DNA from: Eubacteriales bacterium
GTDB taxonomy: Bacteria; Bacillota; Clostridia; Oscillospirales; CAG-272
Direction: 5' to 3'
Length of the DNA stretch: 51,940 nt
Assembly (NCBI GenBank): GCA_045605745.1
Contig: JAZUQN010000031.1
Location: 1 to 51,940, forward strand
The notes beneath the pieces are model-generated. The model was not told where the DNA came from and ran no database searches. It was given only the letters and a program-made list of their open reading frames with translations. Numbering within the stretch: position 1 is the stretch's first letter; each line of letters starts with the position of its first letter. Positions 7,951 to 17,312 of the stretch are shown here, in pieces. The position numbers and the translations under genes are program-made.

Positions 7951-9117
7951 TTAAAATGTATTTATAAATTTTTCAATTCGCAAGAGCGCCTCGTCTATAT
8001 GCTTAATTGAATATGCATATGATATCCTTGCAAAGCCTTCGCCTGTTTTTCCAAAGGCAGTGCCGGGCACAATTGCACACTTATATTCATTCAGCAGCCT
8101 CTCGCAAAATTCATCGCTTGAAAGACCAAACTGTCCAATGTTCGGAAAAGCGTAAAAAGCCCCCTCCGGTTCAAAACATTCAATACCAATCTTTTCAAAC
8201 CTTTTCAGCAAATATTTGCGGCGGCGATCATATTCTTCCTTCATCATTTCAATATCCTCATCGCCGTTTTTAACAGCCTCAAGCGCTGCAAACTGACTTG
8301 TTGTCGGCGCACACATAATAACATACTGATGAAGCTTCAGCATTTGCTTTGCCAAAGCTGCAGGAGCAGCTATATATCCCATTCTCCAGCCTGTCATAGC
8401 ATAGCTTTTTGAAAATCCACTGGCAAGGATAGTGCGCTCCTTCATATCCTCAATATTTGCAATAGAGGTATGCTTTTTGCCGTATGTCAGCTCAGAATAA
8501 ATCTCATCAGAAAGCACAACGATATTTGTTTCCCGTATAACATCGGCAATATCCTCAAGCTCTTCCCTTGTAAGTATAGCACCTGTGGGATTATTGGGAT
8601 ACGCAAGCACGAGCATTTTAGTTTTTGGTGTTATAAGACTTCTCAGCTCCTCCGGATCAACCTTGAAATTGTTTTTTGCCTTGGTTTCAAGTATCACCGG
8701 CACGCCTCCTGCAAGGCGAACGGCAGGCTCATAGCAAACAAAGCACGGGGTGGGAATAATAACCTCATCCCCCGTCTCAACGCAGGCCCTAACCGCAAGA
8801 TCTATTGCCTCAGAGCCGCCAACCGTTACGACCACTTCACGCTCCCCATCATATTCGAGAGAAAATCGGCGTTTAAGATATTTTGCTATTTCAATTCTCA
8901 GCTCCAAAAGACCGGCGTTTGAAGTATAATATGTTTTTCCTTCCTTTAAACTGTCTATACCGGCTTCTCTGATGTGCCAAGGGGTGACAAAATCCGGCTG
9001 ACCAACCGTCAGACCAACCACTTCATCCCTGCCTTGAAGCAGGTCGAAAAATTTTCGTATACCTGAGGGCTTCATCTCGGTAACGGTTCGGGGTAGCACC
9101 TTTGAATAATCAAACAT
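7951..9117 (-). CDS. class I/II PLP-dependent aminotransferase (aspartate/aromatic type)
   Basis: 388 aa. PLP-Lys motif SKSYAMTGWRMGY. NPTG motif. Its start overlaps the upstream stop as TAATG. Confidence 0.8.
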   Translation of the reverse strand: MFDYSKVLPRTVTEMKPSGIRKFFDLLQGRDEVVGLTVGQPDFVTPWHIREAGIDSLKEGKTYYTSNAGLLELRIEIAKYLKRRFSLEYDGEREVVVTVGGSEAIDLAVRACVETGDEVIIPTPCFVCYEPAVRLAGGVPVILETKAKNNFKVDPEELRSLITPKTKMLVLAYPNNPTGAILTREELEDIADVIRETNIVVLSDEIYSELTYGKKHTSIANIEDMKERTILASGFSKSYAMTGWRMGYIAAPAALAKQMLKLHQYVIMCAPTTSQFAALEAVKNGDEDIEMMKEEYDRRRKYLLKRFEKIGIECFEPEGAFYAFPNIGQFGLSSDEFCERLLNEYKCAIVPGTAFGKTGEGFARISYAYSIKHIDEALLRIEKFINTF

Positions 9118-9590
9118 TACAGTTCTCCTCTGATATCTGCATCGGGCACTCTGTATTCAACGCCCTTGTCCTTATATTTACGCAGAACAAAATGAGTTGA
9201 GCAGGACATTACATCCTCCAGAGTTGAGAGCTTATGGGTCACAAAATAAGCAACCTCACGCAGAGTTTTGCCCTCGATAAGAACGGCAAGATCAAAAACG
9301 CCGCTCATAAGGTACACACTCTGAACCTCAGGATATTGGCTTATAGTTCTTGCAACCTTGTCATAGCCAAAATCATGCTTTGGAGTGATCTTGACCTCGA
9401 TGAACGCACTTACATATTCACGATCGGTCTTATCCCAGTCAACCAGTGCTTGGTATCCAAGAATAACACCTTCCTTTTCATATTTATCAATAGTGGCTCG
9501 AAGCTCATCCTCGCTTCGGTCGCACATTGCTGCAAGCTGTTCAACCGTATATGTTGCATTTTGCTCAAGCAGGTTTAAAATCTTATCCAT
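9117..9590 (-). CDS. Lrp/AsnC family transcriptional regulator
   Basis: MDKILNLLEQNATYTVEQLAAMC forms the HTH, followed by an AsnC-type ligand domain. GGAGGGAG RBS before the ATG at 9590. Confidence 0.8.
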   Translation of the reverse strand: MDKILNLLEQNATYTVEQLAAMCDRSEDELRATIDKYEKEGVILGYQALVDWDKTDREYVSAFIEVKITPKHDFGYDKVARTISQYPEVQSVYLMSGVFDLAVLIEGKTLREVAYFVTHKLSTLEDVMSCSTHFVLRKYKDKGVEYRVPDADIRGEL

Positions 9591-9621
9591 TTTTATCTCC
9601 CTCCGCATCAAAGATGCAAAA

Positions 9622-11235
9622 TTATTTTATTCGCTTAATAATATTATCGTATGTGAGGCCGTATTTTTCGGCAATATCTCTTGCATAGCTCTTTCCGTCA
9701 GGCTTAGCTCGCACTATCTTAAATGAACGCTTGCCATCATAAATTCCCGCAACAAGAGTGTCTATCCTTCCGCCGCCTTCTTTTTCGCTTTGCTCGTTTA
9801 TGCGGTCTATCTCGGCGGCAAGCTCGTGAAGATGCGTTGAAAAAAGGCAACGGCAGCCAAATTTTGCAAGGCCCGACAGCACCTCAGCAGCAATATATGA
9901 AGCCTCATATGAGCCTGTTGACGAAAGGGATTCATCAAGGAGAACAAGACTGTTCTTAGTTATCTTATCAAAAATGTCCATAAGTCTTGCACATTCTTCG
10001 CCAAGTCGTCCCTTATCAATAGTGTCATCAGAACCGGTTGGAAAATGAGTGAAGATGCCGTCCACCGGGCTTATGGTTGCCTCTGATGCCGGCACAAACA
10101 TTCCAAGCTGCATCATAGCCTGAGCAAGACCAATAGCACAGGTAATGACGCTCTTGCCGCCACGGTTAGGCCCGGTTAAAACAAACACAGATGCCTCAGA
10201 ATCAAATCGAATGTCATTTGGCACAACCTCGTCTTCGATTTTCAAAGCAACGCAGGGGTTATAAAGATCCCTCGCAATAAATTTTCCCTCCTCCATCGGC
10301 ACAATAGTTGGAGTGACCAGCTTGCAGCCTTTAGCCTCAAGATCGCGCATCATTGCAGTTGCCTTACCGATAAATTCGATCTCGGGCATAAGATTAAGCA
10401 GAAAATCAGTGTTTTCAAGAACATATGTCTGAACGATTTTTTTCCAAGAACGGAGGGATGATTTATAAACATCATTTATTGCGGAGTTAAATGCAAGAGA
10501 AAGTGCTGTCTTTTGATTCTCATTCTGCTTTTTGCCAAATGGAACAAGGCTTGCAATGCAGGTGTAACCATCATTTTTCTGACCTATATGGAGAATCTTG
10601 TCAAGAACATCACCCGAACGGAATTTTTCGGGGTTTATCGAAAGAACACCTGCCTCCGTTGCTCTGAGCTGAGCGTCAAGATTAACTCCGATAGTGACAG
10701 ATTTTATTTCACGCACACGGTTTGTAAGCTCGTTCAGCTTAACATTCAGTTCTTTATAATATTCGCTTTCAGAAAGCTCGTATATCCTATCGGCAAGCAT
10801 CTTGAACGCCTCGCTCTTAAGAGAATCACGAAGGGGCAGAAGATAGCGCCTTAGGAGATCTACGCTTGAAATATAAAGCTCTATTTCCGTGATGCACATA
10901 AGATAGTCCTCGGCATTTCCGGTGTCAGCCTCGAGGCGGCGCAGCTCTCCTATATCGGAAAGTATGGGAATAACCGAGTTTAACATTTTGCCAAGATCCT
11001 CAAAATCAAGCATATCGCGAAACATAGTGCGGCGATAATCCATCACGGCACTGTCAGTTGTGAAATACTCGCAAAGGTCACGGCTGCTTGGATTTAGAAA
11101 TTCAAGAAGTCCAAGCTCGCCGAGCTCATCCATGCTGATATTCGGAACATCATTCTGAACAGAAGTGCTCAAGCCGTTTTCTTTAAGGGGATAAAGCAAA
11201 CTGAAATTTTTAAGATCGTTCATTTTTTTCTCCAA
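9622..11235 (-). CDS. MutS-family ATPase paralogue (domain V only; no mismatch-recognition domain)
   Basis: Walker A LTGPNRGGKSV, Walker B LVLLDESLSSTG, and STHLHEL. Confidence 0.75.
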   Translation of the reverse strand: MEKKMNDLKNFSLLYPLKENGLSTSVQNDVPNISMDELGELGLLEFLNPSSRDLCEYFTTDSAVMDYRRTMFRDMLDFEDLGKMLNSVIPILSDIGELRRLEADTGNAEDYLMCITEIELYISSVDLLRRYLLPLRDSLKSEAFKMLADRIYELSESEYYKELNVKLNELTNRVREIKSVTIGVNLDAQLRATEAGVLSINPEKFRSGDVLDKILHIGQKNDGYTCIASLVPFGKKQNENQKTALSLAFNSAINDVYKSSLRSWKKIVQTYVLENTDFLLNLMPEIEFIGKATAMMRDLEAKGCKLVTPTIVPMEEGKFIARDLYNPCVALKIEDEVVPNDIRFDSEASVFVLTGPNRGGKSVITCAIGLAQAMMQLGMFVPASEATISPVDGIFTHFPTGSDDTIDKGRLGEECARLMDIFDKITKNSLVLLDESLSSTGSYEASYIAAEVLSGLAKFGCRCLFSTHLHELAAEIDRINEQSEKEGGGRIDTLVAGIYDGKRSFKIVRAKPDGKSYARDIAEKYGLTYDNIIKRIK

Positions 11236-11392
11236 AAAATTAATTACTATATATTATAACGCATTTATTTCCTTTTTGCAATATTATTTTAAAAAAGTAT
11301 TGCATTTGTTCTTAAAAAAGAGAAAGCTACTTGAAAAATACAAATAAATGTGGTAGAGTTACAATGAGTAAATTTACAAAGGAGAGGGTTTT

Positions 11393-12811
11393 ATGAAAAA
11401 TTTTATGGATGAAAAATTTTTGCTTTCTAATGAGACAGCAGAAATACTTTATGAAAACTATGCTTCAAAAATGCCAATTATCGATTATCACTGCCATCTT
11501 CCGATAAAGGAAATTGCTGACAATGTTTCATATTCTAACATAACCGAGCTTTGGCTTTCAGGCGACCATTATAAATGGAGAGCAATGCGCTCTTGCGGTG
11601 TTGATGAAAAATTCATCACGGGGGATTCCTCTGCATATGAGAAGTTCCGGCATTATTGCAAAATCATGCCCTCTCTTATCGGCAACCCTGTTTATCACTG
11701 GAGCCATCTTGAGCTTCGCCGCTATTTCGATTGCGATCTCATCATAAACGAAAAGAACTGCGATGAGATATGGAGAATCACTGCAGAAAAGTTGGCAAAT
11801 CCCGATATGAGCGCAAGAAGCCTTATCGAAAAGAGCAACTGCGTTCTTCTCTGCACAACAGATGATCCTGCTGATTCTCTTGAATATCACAAGCAGATCG
11901 CAGAAGACAAGAGCTTTAAAACACAGGTTCTGCCTGCATTCCGCCCCGATATGGGTATAAATATCGACCGTGAAGGCATAACAGCATATATCGAAAAGCT
12001 GGGACTATCTAACGGAAAAACCATCACAGACCTAAAGAGCCTTATGGAGGCATATGAGGTATCACTTGACAGATTTGAAGCTCTCGGCTGTAAAACAGCA
12101 GACCACGGAATGGATGAGATCACCTTTGTAAAGCCTGATGAATATCACGCAGATCTTATCTTTAAAAAGGCTCTCGCATCTGACGGCAAGGATGTAACTG
12201 CTGAAGAATTTACTCTCTTTAAGAGCGAAATGATGTATTTCTTTGGCAAGCAATATAAAAAGCGCGGTTGGGTTATGCAAATACACTTTGGCGTTGCACG
12301 CAACCCCAACTCGATAATGTTCAAAAAGCTTGGTAAGGATAGCGGATATGACAATATTCACGGTCAGAGCTACACGAGAAATCTTGGATATCTGCTTGAT
12401 TATCTTATGGTTAATGAAGCACTTCCGAGAACCGTCATTTATTCCATCAATCCTGCAGATAACGAAGCAATAGGCACGCTTCTCGGCTCTTTCCAGAGCT
12501 CAAATGATAATATGCCAACCGTTATGCAGGGCAGTGCTTGGTGGTTCAATGATAATATAGACGGCATGAGAAACCAGATGAGATCTCTTGCAAATCTCAG
12601 TGCTTTTGGCAAGTTTCTCGGTATGCTGACAGACTCCAGAAGCTTCACCTCCTATCCTCGTCATGAATACTTCCGCCGCATACTCTGCGATATTATTGGA
12701 ACCTGGGTTGAGGAAGGTCTTTACCCTGCCGAATTTGACGATTTGGCACAGCTCGTTTGCGATATTTGCTATAATAACACCAAGGATTTCTTCGGTTTTG
12801 ATCTTGTTTAA
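11393..12811 (+). CDS. uxaC: glucuronate isomerase
   Basis: 472 aa. Contains PIIDYHCHL and SGDHYKWRAMR. The length and colinearity are typical of UxaC. Confidence 0.85.
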   Translation: MKNFMDEKFLLSNETAEILYENYASKMPIIDYHCHLPIKEIADNVSYSNITELWLSGDHYKWRAMRSCGVDEKFITGDSSAYEKFRHYCKIMPSLIGNPVYHWSHLELRRYFDCDLIINEKNCDEIWRITAEKLANPDMSARSLIEKSNCVLLCTTDDPADSLEYHKQIAEDKSFKTQVLPAFRPDMGINIDREGITAYIEKLGLSNGKTITDLKSLMEAYEVSLDRFEALGCKTADHGMDEITFVKPDEYHADLIFKKALASDGKDVTAEEFTLFKSEMMYFFGKQYKKRGWVMQIHFGVARNPNSIMFKKLGKDSGYDNIHGQSYTRNLGYLLDYLMVNEALPRTVIYSINPADNEAIGTLLGSFQSSNDNMPTVMQGSAWWFNDNIDGMRNQMRSLANLSAFGKFLGMLTDSRSFTSYPRHEYFRRILCDIIGTWVEEGLYPAEFDDLAQLVCDICYNNTKDFFGFDLV

Positions 12812-12834
12812 CGCAACCATAAAAAGCTTTTAAT

Positions 12835-12874
12835 AAAAAACGGGGCTGAGCCAAAAGGCTCAGCCCCGTTTTTG
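12835..12874. terminator. bidirectional intrinsic terminator
   Basis: AAAAACGGGGCTGAGCC / GGCTCAGCCCCGTTTTT stem. Confidence 0.85.
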
Positions 12875-12930
12875 CAATTATTTAGAAATGCTCCATCGAG
12901 ATTTTATCGGGATAAATGATAATTCAACAT

Positions 12931-14070
12931 TTATTCTTTTATCGCCTCGTATATCAGGTTTCTTATGCAAGGATGAGCACGCTCATAAAGATAACTACTA
13001 CCACGCACATGAGTGGTCAAAAATACGGAAAGCTTTTCACAGGGGTCGATAATTGCATAAGAGCAGGCTGCTCCGTCCCAACCAAATTCACCCACATTGC
13101 TTTTTGAAAGAGAAGCAAGAGGATTCATCATAACTCTACCGCAAAGGCCGTAACCGTAGCCATACCATCTTGGGGACTGTGTGTAGGTTCTGAATTGAGC
13201 ATCGGTTGTAAGGCGATTGACACCAAGCATTGCAACAGTTTCCTTTTTCAGAAGCCTGTAGCCGTTTTCAGCTTCGCCGTCATTTGCAACAGCATCTATT
13301 ATCTTTGAATAATCGCTGAGATTGGAATAAAGTCCGGCTCCACCGCTTTCATATTTATCGCTAAGGCAATAATTATTATATGGCGCATTTGCTGTGGCTT
13401 TGTTAAACACCGAATCATAAGAATACTGAACCGTCATCCTCTTTTCATCACTCGGAGAAAGATGAAATCCCATATTTTTTATTCCGAGGGGGGTGAACAT
13501 TATCATATCAAGATAATCACCGAACGTCATTCCCGAAACGACCTCGATAACAGCCGCAAGAACATCATGGCAAAGGCTATAGCGATAATTTGTGCCCGGC
13601 TCAAATTCAAGAGGAGTGCGTGAAAGCACCGAAACAATCTCTCTTGTGCTTGCTTTGGGATTTGCTCGAGCCTCCATAAATTCAGGAGTTCCAAAATCAT
13701 ATGTAAAGCCTGCGCTCATTGTGAAAAGGTGCAAAATTGTGATCTTGTTTTTGGCATCAACAATCTGACCGTCTCCTGCTTTAACCTTCATATTTGCAAA
13801 TTCGGGCAGATATTTATCAAGTGTATCCTCAAGCCTAAGTCTTCCCTCTTCAACAAGTCTCATTGCGGCAAGACAGGTGATGACCTTTGTACAGGAAAAC
13901 AGCCAATAAAGATGCTCGTCACAAAGCTTTACCTGTTTTTCAGCATCCGCATATCCCATAAAATGCCGGAGAAGTATATCATGCCCCTGTCGCACTTCAA
14001 TGCCGCAAAGGTTTATATCAACCTGCTGCAGTGAATCAATAAAATCTTTAACCTTTTTTAAATCTGCCAT
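12931..14070 (-). CDS. serine hydrolase, beta-lactamase/transpeptidase-like (class C fold)
   Basis: 379 aa. SxxK motif in LFSCTKVIT. No signal peptide. Confidence 0.7.
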   Translation of the reverse strand: MADLKKVKDFIDSLQQVDINLCGIEVRQGHDILLRHFMGYADAEKQVKLCDEHLYWLFSCTKVITCLAAMRLVEEGRLRLEDTLDKYLPEFANMKVKAGDGQIVDAKNKITILHLFTMSAGFTYDFGTPEFMEARANPKASTREIVSVLSRTPLEFEPGTNYRYSLCHDVLAAVIEVVSGMTFGDYLDMIMFTPLGIKNMGFHLSPSDEKRMTVQYSYDSVFNKATANAPYNNYCLSDKYESGGAGLYSNLSDYSKIIDAVANDGEAENGYRLLKKETVAMLGVNRLTTDAQFRTYTQSPRWYGYGYGLCGRVMMNPLASLSKSNVGEFGWDGAACSYAIIDPCEKLSVFLTTHVRGSSYLYERAHPCIRNLIYEAIKE

Positions 14071-14086
14071 TTTCTTTTTTCTCTAT

Positions 14087-14932
14087 TCATTCAAAATGCT
14101 TTGCAGGTTTAACTGTTTCTATCCACTGAATAGCAAGTGGGAACCATGTTCTGAGATGCTCGTGGAGTTTTGTGTTTTGTCCGCTTGAAACCTCAGGGGT
14201 TGCAAGGGATATACCGTGACTTCCCTCGGGATATATATGAAGCTCAAAAGGAACACCGTTTTCTCTAAGTGCTCCGGCCATAATTAGGGAGTTTTCAACC
14301 GGCACACAGTTATCGGCAAAGCTATGCCAAATAAATGCCGGTGGAGTTTCTCTGTCAACAAAATTTTCAAGAGAGAAGCGTGCCATTTCCTCGTCTGTTG
14401 CGTCATCCTTTCCGCAAAGATTGAGGAAGGAGCCTCTGTGGGCAAATTCTCCCGAGGTTATAACCGGATAAGAGAGAATCATGCCCGTTGGGCGGCAAAT
14501 ACCGTCCGAAACATCACCAAGAGCGTCTGCAATAATTGGGTGCTTCCAGAAAACTCCTGTTGAGCCTGCAAGATGTCCTCCTGCAGAAAAGCCCACGGTG
14601 AAAACATAATCGGGATCAATGCTGAAATGACGAGCATTTTCTCTGATATACTTAATTGCAGTGAGGGCTTGAATCTGTGGACGGAAATCGGCGGCATACG
14701 GCTTAACACTGTAGCAAAGAACAAAGGCATTAAAGCCGGCGGCAAGAAAAGCTCTTGCAACCGCATCACCCTCCCTGTCAGTACAAAGCATGCCATATCC
14801 GCCACCGGGAATGACAAGAACTGCCTTTCTCAGCGGTTCAAAATTCGGCATATTATCACATATATATGCCTTTAAAAATGTTTTTTCATCATTTGGAAAA
14901 AGATTTATGTCTTCAAATCTCATGCTTAACAC
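14087..14932 (-). CDS. alpha/beta hydrolase (acetyl esterase/lipase type)
   Basis: IPGGGY oxyanion motif. GFSAGGHL nucleophile elbow. It lies 16 nt upstream of the serine hydrolase gene. Confidence 0.75.
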   Translation of the reverse strand: MLSMRFEDINLFPNDEKTFLKAYICDNMPNFEPLRKAVLVIPGGGYGMLCTDREGDAVARAFLAAGFNAFVLCYSVKPYAADFRPQIQALTAIKYIRENARHFSIDPDYVFTVGFSAGGHLAGSTGVFWKHPIIADALGDVSDGICRPTGMILSYPVITSGEFAHRGSFLNLCGKDDATDEEMARFSLENFVDRETPPAFIWHSFADNCVPVENSLIMAGALRENGVPFELHIYPEGSHGISLATPEVSSGQNTKLHEHLRTWFPLAIQWIETVKPAKHFE

Positions 14933-15083
14933 CTCAGATATAATTTATATTGTATTAATGTTATCACATTTCTCGGTTTTTTTCAAGTATTTTTTGGAAA
15001 TCTCTATTGAAAAAAATACAAAATTGTGGTAACATAAAACAAATAGTAGCTTTAGATCGAACAAAATAAAAAGTAGGTTAATA

Positions 15084-16511
15084 ATGGATAAATATAAGAA
15101 ATTAGTTTCAAACACAGCAATACTCAGTGTTGGTACGTTGGCCTCGAAGGTGCTGGTTTATCTTCTGTTGCCGCTATATACCGGCTATCTGAGTACAAGC
15201 GAATACGGAACAGCTGAGCTTATTTCTCAAACCGCAAATCTTCTTTTGCCTATTCTTGCAGTTGGAATGGTTGATGCAGTGTTCCGCTTTGCTATAGACA
15301 GCGAAGGAGAGGACGGCAGAAAAAAGGTATTCTGTGTCAGCACATATATGATAGTCATAGGCTCTCTCGTGGCCCTTGCGCTAATACCCATTCTTGAGCT
15401 AACCGGTTTTTTCGAGGGCTATTCTTGGCTCATTCCCCTTTATGTAATTGCTTCAAATTTTCATTGTTCTGCCGCACATTTTTTGCGTGGCTCCGGAATG
15501 ACCAAGCTTTTTGCCCTTCAGGGCATTCTGACAACCGCAATTACAATTGCACTTAATATCCTTTTTCTCGTTGTTTTTAAAATGGGAATAGCAGGCTATG
15601 TTCTTTCGGTTGTTCTTGCAGATTTTATAATGACTGCCTTCCTTTATGTAAAAGAAAAGCTTTTCGGTTATCTCCGATATTCAAATTTCGATACCGAGCT
15701 TCTCAAAAAAATGATAAAATACAGCGTTCCGATGATCCCTACAACGATCTTTTGGTGGATAACCAATGTCTCGGATAGATATATGATTGTAGGAATTATT
15801 GGCGGTGATATAGGAGAGGCAGTAAACGGACTTTACACTGCAGCATTCAAGGTGCCAACGCTGCTTATTCTCGTCTCGGGAATTTTCAGTGAGGCCTGGC
15901 AATATTCTGCTGTGACCGATGGCGCAGATTCAGATAGAAGACGCTTTTTTTCAAGAGTGTTTGACTCATTTCAATCAATAGTGTTTTTCGGAGCTTCCTG
16001 CCTTATCATTCTATCAAAGCTGTTTTCTGCTCTCCTTTTCGCAGATTCATATTATGAAGCTTGGAAATATATGCCCATCCTTGTTGTGGCAACCGTTTTT
16101 TCAAGCCTTGTAACCTTTATGTCAAGCGTTTATGTTAAGCATAAGAGATCTTTCAATTCATTTATAACTGCCATGATCGGTGCATTTACCAATGTGGTGT
16201 TGAACCTTATTCTCATTCCAAAGCACGGTGCACAGGGAGCCGCAATTGCAACTGCGGCTTGCTATGTTGTTGTTTATATTATACGCTCTATTGATACTCA
16301 AAGATATGAAAAATTTAATACAAAGCCATTTGTTATGGTCATCAATTCCCTTATTATAGCCTTTCAGTCTATAACGATGCTCCTATTCAAAAAATACTGG
16401 CTTATATGCGGAATTTTTTCGGTTTGTGCCATAGGGCTTATCAATTTTAGAGCACTGCTTTCTTCCGCAAAAACGGTTGTTGGCAGTGCGCTTGGCAAAA
16501 TAAAGAGATAA
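15084..16511 (+). CDS. oligosaccharide/polysaccharide flippase (MOP/Wzx family)
   Basis: 475 aa and polytopic. The N-terminus LVSNTAILSVGTLASKVLVYLLLPLYTGYLSTSEYG is typical of this family. Confidence 0.7.
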   Translation: MDKYKKLVSNTAILSVGTLASKVLVYLLLPLYTGYLSTSEYGTAELISQTANLLLPILAVGMVDAVFRFAIDSEGEDGRKKVFCVSTYMIVIGSLVALALIPILELTGFFEGYSWLIPLYVIASNFHCSAAHFLRGSGMTKLFALQGILTTAITIALNILFLVVFKMGIAGYVLSVVLADFIMTAFLYVKEKLFGYLRYSNFDTELLKKMIKYSVPMIPTTIFWWITNVSDRYMIVGIIGGDIGEAVNGLYTAAFKVPTLLILVSGIFSEAWQYSAVTDGADSDRRRFFSRVFDSFQSIVFFGASCLIILSKLFSALLFADSYYEAWKYMPILVVATVFSSLVTFMSSVYVKHKRSFNSFITAMIGAFTNVVLNLILIPKHGAQGAAIATAACYVVVYIIRSIDTQRYEKFNTKPFVMVINSLIIAFQSITMLLFKKYWLICGIFSVCAIGLINFRALLSSAKTVVGSALGKIKR

Positions 16512-16546
16512 TTTTACAAAAAAATCAAAAAAATTCAAAAAAGCTA

Positions 16547-16575
16547 TTGCAAAATCAAAAAGATTATGTTATAAT
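16547..16575 (+). promoter_or_regulatory. strong sigma-A promoter of rplS with upstream phased A-tracts
   Basis: TTGCAA, a 17-nt spacer, then TATAAT. Three A-tracts (CAAAAAAAT, CAAAAAAATT, CAAAAAAG) lie directly upstream at 16515-16543. Confidence 0.65.
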
Positions 16576-16666
16576 ATCCGTGTTATGCGTATTTTGCATA
16601 AAGAATTAAGAATGGTCCTCTGCCTATGCTCGGCACGAACATTCGGATTATAAGGAGGAGCCAAAA

Positions 16667-17011
16667 ATGGATCTTATTAAGGCTTTTACAAATGAGCAGC
16701 TGAAGGAGACGGCACCTGTTCTCAATATTGGTGACACTGTCAGAATTCACAACAAAATCGTTGAGGGTACAAGAGAAAGAATCCAGATGTTTGAGGGAAC
16801 TATCATCTCCAAGCACGGCGGTGGAATCTCCGAGACCTTCACAGTTAGACGCATTTCCTACGGTGTAGGCGTTGAAAAGACCTTCCCTGTACATTCTCCT
16901 AATGTAGTTAAGGTTGACATCATTCGCTCCGGTAAGGTTAGACGTGCTAAGCTTTACTACATCCGCAAGAGAATTGGTAAGGCATCTAAGGTTAAGGAAC
17001 AGATCGTTTAA
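16667..17011 (+). CDS. rplS: 50S ribosomal protein L19
   Basis: 114 aa. Contains [58 protein letters not shown]. Confidence 0.95.
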   Translation: MDLIKAFTNEQLKETAPVLNIGDTVRIHNKIVEGTRERIQMFEGTIISKHGGGISETFTVRRISYGVGVEKTFPVHSPNVVKVDIIRSGKVRRAKLYYIRKRIGKASKVKEQIV

Positions 17012-17024
17012 TATAATAAACGAA

Positions 17025-17060
17025 AAGAAAAAGCTCGGCTAAGCCGAGCTTTTTCTTTTC
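17025..17060 (+). terminator. intrinsic terminator of rplS
   Basis: AAAAAGCTCGGC / GCCGAGCTTTTT stem followed by a T-run. Confidence 0.85.
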
Positions 17061-17147
17061 CCCATAAAAACAAACTAAATTTACAAAAGCATTGACAGAT
17101 ATAACGATGCATGAGACAATATAGGTAAATTTATAATACATACTATA

Positions 17148-17245
17148 AACAGGAGTTTATGGGAGAGTTTGATTTTACAAAAAAGAGCACACTGCAAAGT
17201 TTTCACTATAGAGTAGCTGACCACATACGAAAGCAGTGTGCTCTC
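17148..17245 (+). repeat. solo copy of the dispersed repeat head plus H1-type hairpin
   Basis: AAACAGGAGTTTATGGGAGAGTTTGATTTTACAAAAAAGAGCACACTGCAAAGTTTT aligns with the 7.8-kb and 43.8-kb copies. AGAGCACACTGC (17184-17195) pairs with GCAGTGTGCTCT (17234-17245). Confidence 0.65.
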
Positions 17246-17274
17246 ATATGTCTCCTCGCTAAATCAAAATTTGC

Positions 17275-17312
17275 AAAAAAGAGCTATTTGAATGTTCAAA
17301 TAGCTCTTTTTC
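17275..17312 (-). terminator. intrinsic terminator of the glpP/HAD operon (symmetrical)
   Basis: AAAAGAGCTATTTGAA / TTCAAATAGCTCTTTT stem. Confidence 0.8.
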
